Assembly (NCBI GenBank): GCA_963676915.2
Contig: CAXXVK010000053.1
Location: 64,001-128,000, forward strand
Source of the DNA: Myxococcota bacterium
GTDB lineage: Bacteria > Myxococcota_A > SURF-8 > G963663525
DNA: 64,000 bases
Direction of reading: 5' to 3'
The translations under genes were made by a program, and so were the position numbers. The notes under the pieces are model-generated. The model worked only from the letters and a program-made list of their open reading frames with translations. It did not search any database and was not told where the DNA came from. Positions 28,345-39,053 of this stretch are shown here, in pieces; within the stretch, counting starts at the first letter, position 1; each line of letters begins with the position of its first letter.

Positions 28345-30918
28345 TTATCTCAATTGCGGATGCATCTGACGTAACGCTTCGAGCAACCAGCGTTCGTCCG
28401 GTCTCAACTCCAGAATGGAGGGATAGCGGAAATCCCGATGTCCCGAATCTTCTTTGGACGACCCGAAAACCAATCGCCCCACTCGTGACACTTCGTTTTT
28501 AATCGTAACGACGTTCGAAGGCAGTGAGCTATGGCAGGATTCGCCATACACTTGTCGGATTTTTCGCCAGTAGGCATCGTCGCTGAGCACGACGAAGATA
28601 CGACGCATGGATTTGAGAGGCGTTTGTAGGGTCACGGCAATCCGCTTGCCTTGGCAATCGTTCCGCATTTTCTGGTATAAGTCCCCGGAAACATACAACA
28701 ATGAATGATCCAACGGCTCTACGTAGGATACGGGACTTCCATCCCAATCTTTGTATGGTCTTTCGGTATACCGACCCACGCGCCAGGCCGTGCATTCGTC
28801 GTCATTTTTATTGGCAGGAATGGAATATTCGACGAAATGCCGGTCGATCCAACTGTTGATGGAACGCAGCAACGCAACGTGCTCGTCGTCGAGATCCAGA
28901 AGATAATAAGATGGAGCAAGTGTCTCGGGAAGATCCTCGCGCCGGAGCTTGACGATGAGAAGGCTTTTTCTCGCAGGACTCGATTCTCGGGCTTCGACCA
29001 ACAATTTCATGGGAAGAAACAAGGGAACCGTTTTTAAAAACGCTGCGAGATCATGGGTTTGCACGCTGCGTCGGATATCTGGGTAGGTGTAGCCGCGAGC
29101 CATCAACTCTTGGGTTACGATGTCCACATCCGTCATGGTCCAGGTGGAGATAGCACGATCCGATCCCGGTCGTTTTCCGGTTTCGCACTGGTCGAGGTAC
29201 GAATAGGTCCAAAGCAGAATATTCAAGAAGACGAGAAAGCCGAGAATCGGCCGAGCCTGAGCGGTGCCGATCCACTGCGTCAGTTTTTCCAACAAGCGTA
29301 CGGCAATGACCGGTAAAAGCATGGCGGCGAAGGGAAAAACGATTTGAAAATAATGGTTCCACCAATAGGCGGACCCACGGCCGGTGAAGTCGAGGAAAAA
29401 ATCCCATCCGTCACCGCTTTTAATAGCCGAAGCGATCCAGATCACAAAGAACACAAACGCTCCGCTAGCTAAAAAACCGCTTTGAATGGCCCAGCGATCC
29501 CGTTGAAAATGGTAGGTACGCCTCAATCCGGCAGCGAACGGCACCCAGACCAGAAGCCCGAAAAGCGACAGTCCGAACAACAAAGGAAAAGCGCTGTTTA
29601 AAAACACGAGATTCTGCACGTTAATGTAATACCCCTCATGACTATAGAAGGACACCAACAGTGCAAGGACACACAAAGAGATATAAATCGAGCGAAACGG
29701 TCGTCTCGCATAAACGGCGAGATACGTACAGAAAACGATGATGAGGAAAAAATTGATGATGTGGCCTTCTCCTGCACAAAAAAGCGTGAGCAACGCCAAC
29801 CAGCGGTAGCGGGGCGCTCTGCGATGGACGTACAAAGCAAGAGAAGCCATGAAGATCAGGATGAAAAACGAGTTGAGAGAGTCGTTGTAAAGGTTGGGAA
29901 ACAGCGACCACCCAAGCACCAGGTACAAGGAAAAAAGCGCCGAAGCCAAAGCAAAGCGGCGCCCGATCATCCGTATGGTGAACAGATAAACGAGCGCGGT
30001 TTGTACGCCTAAAAATCCGATCACTATACAATGAAGCTGTCGAATCGAAACGCCGAGCCATTGGTATGTTGTGAGAAAATGAATCGGCAAGGCTCCCATC
30101 AACCACCGTCGGCGCAAGCCGTCTTCGATTTTCAAGTCATTGAAATCATTGCCGGAGAAATGGCAGCGGATTCCTTCAAGGCAATCTCTGGCCCACATGA
30201 AATGCTGGACGACGTCGTCGAGAATCGGCACGCCATGCACTTTGTAGGAAAGTACCACCATGGTTCCCAACGCCAGAGTCACGGCAATGCACCAATGACG
30301 ACGGAAAACGGCAAACGATTCGGGTACTTCGTTATGCCGTCCCAACAGCACGGTCAGGATTTTTCTCATCGTGCTGCGTTTTTGCAAATGACGAAACGCC
30401 GGAGGAACGGGAATCGGACCGGTGTACAAACACCGAAAAACGGTGGAGAACGGTTTAGGCAGCGGAAGAGCGAGCAACCATTTGTGCAGGATATAAACCA
30501 ACAGCACCAACAACGCCAGACAGGCGTTGTAAAAGAGCATGCTTTTCAAGGAAATCGATCGGAAAAGGTGTTGAATCAGGGAGGTTTTCGCCGTAGCGGG
30601 AGCGAGGGTATCCGTGGTCGGTTTGTGTGTTGAGGAGGAGTTTTTTTCAGGGGGCGCTGCCCTGGCCTGATGGACCGAAACGTCTGGAATTTCCCTCTCT
30701 GTCGGAGAAGTGGAAGATGCGGCGACCGAAGATAAAAGGGAATTTTCCGACAGAGTCCAACACAGGGAAAACGTCAGGAAAACGAAGGCTGCAAATCCCC
30801 ATCGCCAATGACTGGAAATTCCTCGAAACATAATGTCGTCGTTCTGCCCCCCGCTGGGTACGAATAACTCCAAACGCTCGACAACGGCAATCGGTTCGGT
30901 ACGTTTCAGCGGATACAA
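28345..30918 (-). CDS. large polytopic membrane protein, possibly GT-C (ArnT/PMT-like), with C-terminal soluble domain
   Basis: About 12-13 TM segments; DD motif after a TM (PILDDVVQH); start uncertain. Confidence 0.55.
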   Translation of the reverse strand: MYPLKRTEPIAVVERLELFVPSGGQNDDIMFRGISSHWRWGFAAFVFLTFSLCWTLSENSLLSSVAASSTSPTEREIPDVSVHQARAAPPEKNSSSTHKPTTDTLAPATAKTSLIQHLFRSISLKSMLFYNACLALLVLLVYILHKWLLALPLPKPFSTVFRCLYTGPIPVPPAFRHLQKRSTMRKILTVLLGRHNEVPESFAVFRRHWCIAVTLALGTMVVLSYKVHGVPILDDVVQHFMWARDCLEGIRCHFSGNDFNDLKIEDGLRRRWLMGALPIHFLTTYQWLGVSIRQLHCIVIGFLGVQTALVYLFTIRMIGRRFALASALFSLYLVLGWSLFPNLYNDSLNSFFILIFMASLALYVHRRAPRYRWLALLTLFCAGEGHIINFFLIIVFCTYLAVYARRPFRSIYISLCVLALLVSFYSHEGYYINVQNLVFLNSAFPLLFGLSLFGLLVWVPFAAGLRRTYHFQRDRWAIQSGFLASGAFVFFVIWIASAIKSGDGWDFFLDFTGRGSAYWWNHYFQIVFPFAAMLLPVIAVRLLEKLTQWIGTAQARPILGFLVFLNILLWTYSYLDQCETGKRPGSDRAISTWTMTDVDIVTQELMARGYTYPDIRRSVQTHDLAAFLKTVPLFLPMKLLVEARESSPARKSLLIVKLRREDLPETLAPSYYLLDLDDEHVALLRSINSWIDRHFVEYSIPANKNDDECTAWRVGRYTERPYKDWDGSPVSYVEPLDHSLLYVSGDLYQKMRNDCQGKRIAVTLQTPLKSMRRIFVVLSDDAYWRKIRQVYGESCHSSLPSNVVTIKNEVSRVGRLVFGSSKEDSGHRDFRYPSILELRPDERWLLEALRQMHPQLR

Positions 30919-31326
30919 AAGTAATTCAATATATGCAAACCGTATCGTAAATGTGAGGAAAAGTAAAGTAACACCTTGGGAGAATATTCGAAAAAGGGTC
31001 GATAGCGAACACTAAAAGGTGCCCGTTGTATCGAAAGTTCCAATTGTAACCGGGCACTTCAAGCGGTTGGAAATAATATGGTTTTTTAGACGGGAGAATT
31101 TCCATTTTCATGGCTTCGATTCCGAAAATCGAAGCAGCCGACCGCTTTTTTGCTTCGGCGGCATCCTAAATAAGTAATGGGCCACAGGCTCGCCTATTCG
31201 AAGAGTGCCGTCTTTTTTCCGGGCGATCCTCCACTATTTTTTTACATATTTTCCGGTACTTCGGGATTTTTTTCGAAAGCCGGTTCGACAGTTTTTTTGG
31301 TTTCGGATCAGGAAAGAGGGACGATC

Positions 31327-32937
31327 ATGGCGAATTCGCTGGTGATCAACTGTACCCCCCAGGAAACCCGCGTCGCTTTGGTAGAGAACAACGCCACGGT
31401 GGAGTTGTTCATCGAACGGACCAAAGACCGGGGCTATGTGGGGAACATCTACAAAGGCCGCGTCAGTCGCGTTCTTCCGGGTATGCAAGCCGCTTTCGTG
31501 GATATCGGTTTGGAAAAGGCGGCGTTTCTGTATGTTTCGGACGTGTTTTCTCCCGATTACGACTATTCCAGTTTCGTAAAACAGAACGGCGAAGATTTCG
31601 AGAACGGCGGCGACAGCGACGGAAAAGACGAGGAAAACCGGTCCCAGGGACAGCAGAACGTTCGGGTGGAAGGGGATTCTTCATCCACGCCCGTTCGGGT
31701 GATGCATATCGAGGATCTGCTGAAGGAAGGGCAGGAAATCATGGTGCAGGTGGCCAAAGATCCCATCGGCACCAAAGGATGCCGGGTCACCACCAATATC
31801 AGCCTCCCGGGTCGTCACCTCGTCTATATGCCGTATATCGACCACATCGGCATCTCTCGTCGCATCACGGACGAATCCGAGCGTGCTCGTCTGCGCGATC
31901 TGATGGACAAAATCCGTCCGACGGGTAGCGGTTTCATCGTGCGCACGGTGGCGGAAGGAATGAACGAAAAGAAGCTCCGTGCCGACGTGACGCTTTTGGT
32001 GAATCTCTGGAAAAAAATTCTGGTCGATCACGACAAATCCCCCGCCCCGGTGATTCTGCACTACGACATGAACCTCGTGTTTCGTGCCGTGCGCGACCTG
32101 TTCACCAGCGACATCGACCGTCTGGTGGTGGACGATCAGGATCAGTTCAACGAAATTACCCGCTTTATCAAGACATACATTCCCAATTTCAAATACAGTC
32201 TCGAATTGTATGAAGGCAACGAGCCGATTTTCGATCACTTCAGCGTCGAGGTGGACATCAACCGGGCTTTGGGACGAAAAGTCTGGTTGAAATCGGGAGG
32301 TTACATCATTATCGATCAGGCCGAGGCTCTTACAGCGATCGATGTCAACACCGGGCGCTACGTCGGCAAACGCAACCTGGAAGACACAATCCTCAAAACG
32401 AACCTCGAAGCCATCAAGGAAATCGTCTACCAGCTTCGATTGCGTAATATCGGCGGCATCATCATTATCGACTTCATCGACATGGAGCGCGAAGCCCACC
32501 GGGAAAAAGTTTACAACGACCTTGAGGAATCCCTCAAAGCCGACAAAGCCAAGACCCACGTGCTGAAAATTTCGGAGCTAGGTCTTGTGGAAATGACCCG
32601 CAAGCGCATCCGAGAAAGCCTCGGCCGCACGCTATGCGAACCCTGTTTCTACTGCGATGGCAAAGGCTACCTGAAAAGCAAGACCACGATCTGTTACGAA
32701 ATCTACCGGGAGGTCAAGCGCGAAATCGGCAACGTGCAAGGCAGTGTCGTGACCATCAACGCCCACCCGGAAATTGCGGACATGCTGATCGACGACGAGG
32801 CCGAGATGATCGCCTTTTTGGAACGCAAGTTCAAAAAGAAAATCCACGTGCGCGCTTTGGGATTTTTCCATCTCGAACAGTACGAAGTCATCGAGCGGTC
32901 TTCCAACGGCACGGGACGAGGTCGAGGGCAACGGTAG
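31327..32937 (+). CDS. rng: ribonuclease G (Rne/Rng family)
   Basis: GNIYKGRVSRVLPGMQAAFVDIG, AIDVNTG, LRNIGGIIIIDFIDM, Zn-link CFYCDG; no long RNase E tail. Confidence 0.95.
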   Translation: MANSLVINCTPQETRVALVENNATVELFIERTKDRGYVGNIYKGRVSRVLPGMQAAFVDIGLEKAAFLYVSDVFSPDYDYSSFVKQNGEDFENGGDSDGKDEENRSQGQQNVRVEGDSSSTPVRVMHIEDLLKEGQEIMVQVAKDPIGTKGCRVTTNISLPGRHLVYMPYIDHIGISRRITDESERARLRDLMDKIRPTGSGFIVRTVAEGMNEKKLRADVTLLVNLWKKILVDHDKSPAPVILHYDMNLVFRAVRDLFTSDIDRLVVDDQDQFNEITRFIKTYIPNFKYSLELYEGNEPIFDHFSVEVDINRALGRKVWLKSGGYIIIDQAEALTAIDVNTGRYVGKRNLEDTILKTNLEAIKEIVYQLRLRNIGGIIIIDFIDMEREAHREKVYNDLEESLKADKAKTHVLKISELGLVEMTRKRIRESLGRTLCEPCFYCDGKGYLKSKTTICYEIYREVKREIGNVQGSVVTINAHPEIADMLIDDEAEMIAFLERKFKKKIHVRALGFFHLEQYEVIERSSNGTGRGRGQR

Positions 32938-32964
32938 GTCTTTTCGTAAAACGAACGGAAATGG

Positions 32965-32990
32965 GTAAGTCGGGTGGTTCTTCACCCGAC
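32965..32990 (+). repeat. REP family A, single copy
   Basis: GTAA-GTCGGGTG-N6-CACCCGAC. Confidence 0.7.
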
Positions 32991-33015
32991 ACCTCCTTGC
33001 TAAACAATAGTGAAG

Positions 33016-34545
33016 CTATTGGTTCTCCGAAATGATCCCGTGATAGCGTCCCATCCAATAGGCTAAAAGGTAGTCCTCGGGCGAGTACACCATCCGCTTG
33101 TCTTCGGCTCTATCCGCTGGTTCGATTTCGTAAAAGTCGAGTCGCCACAGGTAGTTGTCGAAATAGTATTCCTCCAGGGGAATTGGTTCCGCCGAGCGGC
33201 CACGGTCCAGGCGACTGATGCAGACAGCTTCCTGCTCCCCTTTGGGAATAAAGTGCTGGTATTTTTCATCCGGAAAACGCTTCATGATACAAACCGCGTT
33301 GTCCACCGCTTCGTACAGCAACGAATCTTCGGCCGGGTCGTCACCGGTCAACGCCGCATAGGAGAAGGTGAAAAAGGCGTTGCCCAGAGGAACCAGGCTA
33401 AGATACTTGGGATCGTCGGTGTGGAACATGTTGGTTCGCAGCACACCGAGCAGCCGTTCGCGCACGTTTTCGTTTTGTTCCCGCCGTAACAGGGGATAAA
33501 CAGCCTGATACATCATGTCGAAGCTGTCGTAGTTCTCTTTGCAATCGGGTTGGAAGAGAATCAGCATGGTTTCCATTGCTTCGAGATAGCTTCCCAAATC
33601 GGCAAACTCGATGTCGGGACACTCCACGCCCTCGCGCATGCGCATCAGACAGCCATAGTAGAAATCGTCCAATTCGTCGTCGTTTAACGCCATCTGAGCC
33701 ACTTTGATCCAACTTGCCACGAGCATTGCATTGAAACCGGGCCAGTCGTCCACGGCAGAGTAATACAAGCGGCCATGCTCGGTGACCTCCCCGGTGTGGG
33801 CGTCGATGATTTGCAATCCGTTGGAAATGATGTGGTCCATAATGGCGCGTAATCGCTCACGAATCGTTTCGCGTAGGGATTCGTCATCGAAATGCTCCAT
33901 CGCAAGCGCGTAGCCCATCATCAAACCGTCGTAGCCGTCCTTGCTGACATCGTTTCGATAGCGCCAGCCTTCGTAGCCTTCCGCTGTGGAATCCGACCAG
34001 CCGGGATTCTCGGTCGATACCGAATTGTACGGTACGTCGGGATCGTCCATCGACCGGGCATACAAGCCGCGAACACCGGTTACGGCGGTAAGATGCTCCA
34101 ACGCCGCAACGACGACTTTGGTGTTTTCCAAGGCTTCGGGATCGCGTGTCACCCGGTAACGCAATGCCTGGCTGGCAATATAGATGCCGCTCCATAAAAT
34201 CACGTTTTCGGCGTGTTTCCAGTGGTCTACGTTTTGTAGATCTTCGGTCAGATACAGGTTGCGCATCAGGCCGTCTCCCGCGATGTGCTGTTCACGGGCT
34301 ACTTTGTCGAAATACGCCGCTTTTTCCGCTAAAGTTTTCTCGATGCTGATGGATTCGCAGGTGGGGTAATCGTAATCGGGTGGATCGAAAGCGAAGGGGT
34401 CGGCTTCTTCAACCTCGGGAGATTCGCTCTCTGTTTCTCCTATCGGAACATCGGTGTCTCCTCCGATACTTTCGGTATCGTCACTCGAACAGGCCATGCA
34501 CATCCACACAATTCCCAACCCTACAATCCAACTCCAAGATTTCAT
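33016..34545 (-). CDS. hypothetical lipoprotein, probable alpha/alpha-barrel enzyme
   Basis: Lipobox MAC-SSDD, acidic tether; WSG.Y.ASQA.RY.VT, TGV.GL.AR, S.D.Y.G and DYLLAYWMGRY.G motifs. Confidence 0.7.
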   Translation of the reverse strand: MKSWSWIVGLGIVWMCMACSSDDTESIGGDTDVPIGETESESPEVEEADPFAFDPPDYDYPTCESISIEKTLAEKAAYFDKVAREQHIAGDGLMRNLYLTEDLQNVDHWKHAENVILWSGIYIASQALRYRVTRDPEALENTKVVVAALEHLTAVTGVRGLYARSMDDPDVPYNSVSTENPGWSDSTAEGYEGWRYRNDVSKDGYDGLMMGYALAMEHFDDESLRETIRERLRAIMDHIISNGLQIIDAHTGEVTEHGRLYYSAVDDWPGFNAMLVASWIKVAQMALNDDELDDFYYGCLMRMREGVECPDIEFADLGSYLEAMETMLILFQPDCKENYDSFDMMYQAVYPLLRREQNENVRERLLGVLRTNMFHTDDPKYLSLVPLGNAFFTFSYAALTGDDPAEDSLLYEAVDNAVCIMKRFPDEKYQHFIPKGEQEAVCISRLDRGRSAEPIPLEEYYFDNYLWRLDFYEIEPADRAEDKRMVYSPEDYLLAYWMGRYHGIISENQ

Positions 34546-34556
34546 TTCCCCCCCTT

Positions 34557-35507
34557 TTACGCTTTACGAGCAAATACCAACCGGTGAGCTTCGGGTGTCG
34601 TATCGATCAATTCCGCCGGAGAAAATCCGACCCCGGACAGCCACGAACTCATCTCTTCCAACGAATAACTGTCGCCTTCTTCCGTATTGACCAACATATT
34701 GACGGCAAAAAGTTCCGCGCCGGGCGAATGGCCGACCACGGCATCCAGGATAGCGATTCCTTCTAAGTTGGCATATTTTTGCGTGATTTTTTTCAACAAG
34801 GCGCGATTGGTCGCCGTACTGAAAATGTGAAGAACGTTTCCCATCAACACCAGCGAGAAATCGCCTTCGGGCAGAGTTTCGAGAAAATTCCCCTCGGCAA
34901 ATTCCAAGCCGGGTACGTTGTCGAGACCGTACTCTTTTCGAACGTGTGCGATCATCTGGGGTTGATCGAACAGCGTCGCTTTCCAGCCCCGGTCGATCAT
35001 CGCCCGGCAGTAGACACCCGGTCCGCCGCCCAGATCCAGGATATGTCCGGGACCGAGGCGCTCGTTCAAGGCATCCGCGACGAGATTGACGGATTCGGTG
35101 GAGCGCGACGCCATCGCCGCCATGAATCGGGCGGTGCGTTTGGGGCTTTTTTCCTTGGGTACGGGTTTACCCGTGCGTAGTGTGTCCGGCAGTTTCGACC
35201 AGGTTTCGAACAATCCGAGCCAGTGACTGAAAGGACTGACCGGCTGCGAGCGCTCCAGATACGCTCGACCGGGAGCCGCGAGCGACAGTGCGCCGTTCTC
35301 GTCTTTGTCGATCAATCCGGCTTCGCAAGCCGCACGCACGACGATGCGCATGGCTCTTGGATCGAGGCCCAGACGGTCGAGATCCTCCACGGTGGCGGAA
35401 CCTTCGTCCAGCGCTTGGAAGAGGCCGCTTTGTGTGCAGGCCAGTGCAACGATGACACGCCGGGCAAAGGTAAAATCTTCCGCAGGAGAGTGAAAGGGAA
35501 TTCCCAT
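34557..35507 (-). CDS. SAM-dependent O-methyltransferase (Methyltransf_2 with dimerisation domain)
   Basis: ILDLGGGPG, GNFL, GNVLH and AVNMLVNTEEGDSYS motifs. Confidence 0.88.
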   Translation of the reverse strand: MGIPFHSPAEDFTFARRVIVALACTQSGLFQALDEGSATVEDLDRLGLDPRAMRIVVRAACEAGLIDKDENGALSLAAPGRAYLERSQPVSPFSHWLGLFETWSKLPDTLRTGKPVPKEKSPKRTARFMAAMASRSTESVNLVADALNERLGPGHILDLGGGPGVYCRAMIDRGWKATLFDQPQMIAHVRKEYGLDNVPGLEFAEGNFLETLPEGDFSLVLMGNVLHIFSTATNRALLKKITQKYANLEGIAILDAVVGHSPGAELFAVNMLVNTEEGDSYSLEEMSSWLSGVGFSPAELIDTTPEAHRLVFARKA

Positions 35508-35641
35508 TGCATTCCTTCGCTGTTTTGGTTATCTCAATAGTACATAGTTTTTCGGTACTTTGTTCGTTGTGTGCACCAAATATTTATAAACCAATGTAAT
35601 GAAATTGTAACGAACCCAACAATGGATGGAAAGGAAATCCC

Positions 35642-37336
35642 ATGCCGGAACTGAAAAAATTTCCCCGACGTTTCGTGGCGACCGACGCCGATTTTTCCGA
35701 AGTGTCCGTAGTGGAAAACGCCTATGACGAGGCAATGAAACAATCTGTTGAAACCTTGGATGAATTGGAGCGTTTCGTATCGTTTTGGATGGAAATCATG
35801 GCCTGTATCGACGAGGCCCGTTCCAAAAGCTATGTCTCGATGAGCTGCGACACCACCGATAAAGAAGCCGAAGCGCGGTTTTTATCGATGGTCGAAAACG
35901 TCATGCCCGTGGTCGAAGCCAAAGATTTCGAGATGAAACAGAAGTTCGTTGCCAGCCCTGCCGTGAACGACCTGCCGGAGCGCTACGAAGTTTTCGTGCG
36001 GGACGTGAAAAACGAAATCGAACTGTTCCGCGAAGAAAACATTCCACTTCAGATCGAAGGGGCCAAACTCGGGCAGAATTATCAAAAAATCGCCGGAGGC
36101 TGGATGGTGAACTGGGAGGGCGAAGCCCTCACGGTGCAACAGGTCCGTGCCAAGTTCGAGGAAACCGACCGCGACCTTCGCGAGCGAGCGTATCGGGCGG
36201 TAGGCGACGTGCATTTGAACGACGCCGGAAAACTCGACGAGTTGTACGACAAAATGTTGGAAGTCCGTGGAACGATTGCGAAAAACGCCGGTTTCGACAA
36301 TTTCCGCGACTATACCTTCCGTTCCATGGGCCGTTTCGACTACACACCCGAGGATTGTTTTTCCTTCCACAGTGCCGTGCAAAAGCACGTCGTTCCGGTG
36401 GTCGAAAAAATGATGGAAACCCGCCAAGGAAAAACTCGGTGTCAACACCCTTCGTCCCTGGGATCTGTCGGTGGACGAAGACGGCCTCGCCCCCTTGCGC
36501 CCGTTTGAAAAAGCCGAAGAACTGGTGGAGAAAGTCCACAAGGTGACGACGAAAATCGACAGTGAACTCGGCGAATATTTCGGCGTAATGCGCGATCAAA
36601 AACTGTTGGATCTCGACAGCCGCAAAGGCAAAGCGCCGGGCGGGCCTACATGACCGACTTCACCGAGCAGCGCGTTCCCTTCATTTTCATGAACGCCGTC
36701 GGTACGTCGGGCGATATCCGTACGTTGCTGCACGAAGGTGGCCACGCTTTCAACCTGTTTCTCTGCCGCGAGTTGGAGCCGATCACCTACCTGATGCCGC
36801 CGTTGGAGTTCGCCGAGGTGGCGTCGATGTCGATGGAGTTGCTGGCGCTTCCCGAATACGATTTGGTCTACAAGCCCGAAGAGATCGAGCGCGCCCGCCG
36901 GGACCAACTCGGCGGAACGATCAAGCTTCTCCCCTTCATTTCGATGATCGACAGCTTCCAGCAATGGGTCTACCTGAATGATTCCGATCCCAAAGTACGG
37001 GCGGATTTCTGGGAAAACCTGGAAAACACCTACCGACCGTATATCGATTGGAACGGTCTGGAGGATTACAAGCGCATCGGCTGGCAGTATCCGCACGTTT
37101 ACAAGGTGCCGTTCTACTACATCGAATACGGCATTGCGCAACTGGGAGCTTTGCAGGTCTGGAGCCGTTCGCTCGACGATTATCCCCAAGCGCTGGCGGA
37201 TTACAAAAAAGCACTGGCGTTGGGAGGCTCCCAGCCGCTGCCCAAACTATTCGAGGCGGCGGGCATCCGTTTCGACATGACCGAAAACACTATCGCCCCG
37301 CTGATGGAAACCGTCACGCGGGAGTTGGGACTGTAG
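35642..37336 (+). pseudogene. pepF: M3B oligoendopeptidase F, split by two frameshifts (probable assembly errors)
   Basis: Continuous homology across ORFs 35642-36508, 36471-36653 and 36650-37336: R.DY, LRPWD, RKGKAPG, HEGGHAF, EFAEVASMSME, PFYYIEY. Shifts near 36425 and 36645. Confidence 0.85.
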
Positions 37337-37346
37337 GCTTTTTGAA

Positions 37347-37374
37347 CCTGCGGGAAGGTTTTCCTTCCCGCAGG
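37347..37374. terminator. GC-rich hairpin between convergent genes
   Basis: CCTGCGGGAAGG-TTTT-CCTTCCCGCAGG perfect 12-bp stem; no clear U-tract. Confidence 0.55.
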
Positions 37375-37394
37375 GGAGTGTTGACCAACAAAAT

Positions 37395-38855
37395 TTACAA
37401 ACCAATTGTCAAATCAATCAGGTCTTGGGGGATGTATCCCTTGGCTATCGAGGTTTTTCGTGTTTCTTCCGTATGTTCTGGTGTAATGGCGACTTTTTCC
37501 ACCGTCCACTCCTCGAACCGGCGGAATGTTTTCAGAAACCGATCGATGTGACCATCAAATTTCGTCAAATCTCCGACCAGTTTTTGCGCATTGCGTTTAC
37601 AGCTCCCCAGACGAATAACTTTATCGTTTTCATTTAAGGCTACGAGATCGAGTTCCGTTCCGGCGCGGTCCCAATATCCTTGAATTCGACTGGATAACGG
37701 AAAATCTCCGATCCCTTTGCGGCTTCGCTCTTCGTATAGCGTCCATACCAATCTTTCCAACCCATAGCCTTCGGCATCTTCAAGACGTTTGTCCGCTTCC
37801 CCAATCAACTGGTCGAGAGGTTTGAAATTTATGGATGCCGCCGGTATCGCCAAGGCGTGTAGCCATGAACGAAGGAAATTGTCTTTGATATAAATTCGAC
37901 CTCTTCGTGATCCTGTAGGAGCCATAATGGGTTGCCTACGTTCGATCATCCGGTATTTATCCATTAAAGTTCTAATGTATGATTCCACCTGTTTATTGGT
38001 TCCGCTTCCAATATCATTGGCATGGCTTTTTATCTCACCACTTGTGCATCCGGGATTATGTGCAACATATTTCAATACGAGATCCGTTCGCCCCCTTAAT
38101 TCCCGAAGAAACCAGTTATCCGCTTCGGTTTTCAAAGGAGCGGAGCTTGAAAAAAACATGCGTTCCAACAATGATTTTCTATCACTGTTCAAAACTCCTT
38201 GTTCATAGCAATCTCGATAGAATTTCGGGACACCTTCAAATAAATTCCAGAGAAATAACAATCGCTTGGGGTCTTCATCCGCATGAACACGAAGAATTTC
38301 CATGACGGAAGCGATATTGAGATGCATTAGATCGATAGGATCTGTTATCCGGTTGTAAAGCGGGGCTGAACGATCTTCGAGGATGGCCACCATTTCGGTA
38401 TGCAAAGAGCCAAGAACTATCAATCCACCTTTCACGGTATCCGATTGGGCTGCAAGCTGATCGACTTCATATTGAAGAAAGGAGGTGAATTCATACAAGG
38501 CTTTTCTGTGAAAGTACTGAAACTCATCCAATGCAACGATGTATCCCTGCCTCACGAGGTTGGCAAGGCTTCTGGCCAATGATCTAAGATCCGTTGGAGG
38601 AGAAGCAGGAATATTAAAAAGAGAATAAAAATCACGAACCTCCGAAAGAACTCCAGCAGGATCGGAATCCGGTATCTGAATGTAAAGACGGTGGTTCTCA
38701 GGAACGATCGTGCGGATTGCTTGATGGGCCAGCGTTGTTTTTCCAATCCGTCGTCGACCGGAAATTTTTACAAAAAACCAACGGTTACGTTCAAGAATAG
38801 ACGCCAATTGCTTCTGTTCTTCGTTTCTTCCATAAAAGCCCCATTCCACAGCCAT
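37395..38855 (-). CDS. AAA ATPase (archaeal ATPase_2 type) with wHTH and DUF234/PD-(D/E)XK-like C-terminus
   Basis: FYGR..E, GRRRIGKTT, LDEFQ, GVPKFY, DNFL..W, YW....E.DLVAL......I..GSCKR; AT-rich; AGGAGG RBS. Confidence 0.88.
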   Translation of the reverse strand: MAVEWGFYGRNEEQKQLASILERNRWFFVKISGRRRIGKTTLAHQAIRTIVPENHRLYIQIPDSDPAGVLSEVRDFYSLFNIPASPPTDLRSLARSLANLVRQGYIVALDEFQYFHRKALYEFTSFLQYEVDQLAAQSDTVKGGLIVLGSLHTEMVAILEDRSAPLYNRITDPIDLMHLNIASVMEILRVHADEDPKRLLFLWNLFEGVPKFYRDCYEQGVLNSDRKSLLERMFFSSSAPLKTEADNWFLRELRGRTDLVLKYVAHNPGCTSGEIKSHANDIGSGTNKQVESYIRTLMDKYRMIERRQPIMAPTGSRRGRIYIKDNFLRSWLHALAIPAASINFKPLDQLIGEADKRLEDAEGYGLERLVWTLYEERSRKGIGDFPLSSRIQGYWDRAGTELDLVALNENDKVIRLGSCKRNAQKLVGDLTKFDGHIDRFLKTFRRFEEWTVEKVAITPEHTEETRKTSIAKGYIPQDLIDLTIGL

Positions 38856-38864
38856 CTCTACCTC

Positions 38865-38891
38865 CTTAACATAAGCTCAACTTATGTTAAG
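38865..38891. promoter_or_regulatory. perfect 11-5-11 inverted repeat abutting the ATPase RBS
   Basis: CTTAACATAAG-CTCAA-CTTATGTTAAG. Confidence 0.65.
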
Positions 38892-39053
38892 TGAATGATA
38901 GCATGAATATCCTAGAATATCAATGGGTTAGGATAGAAAAACAACGACGGAAGTCCCGATTTTGGGCTTTGACACACGTTAAAAAGCGGTATTTGACAAC
39001 AAATACACAACTGTAATTGAACCTGATGTATCCCCCCAAATTTCCGAACCCCA

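Noticed and set aside
36420-36660. Programmed frameshifting in pepF
   Set aside because: No canonical slippery heptamer with a stimulator, two successive shifts would be needed, and similar indels occur in unrelated genes.
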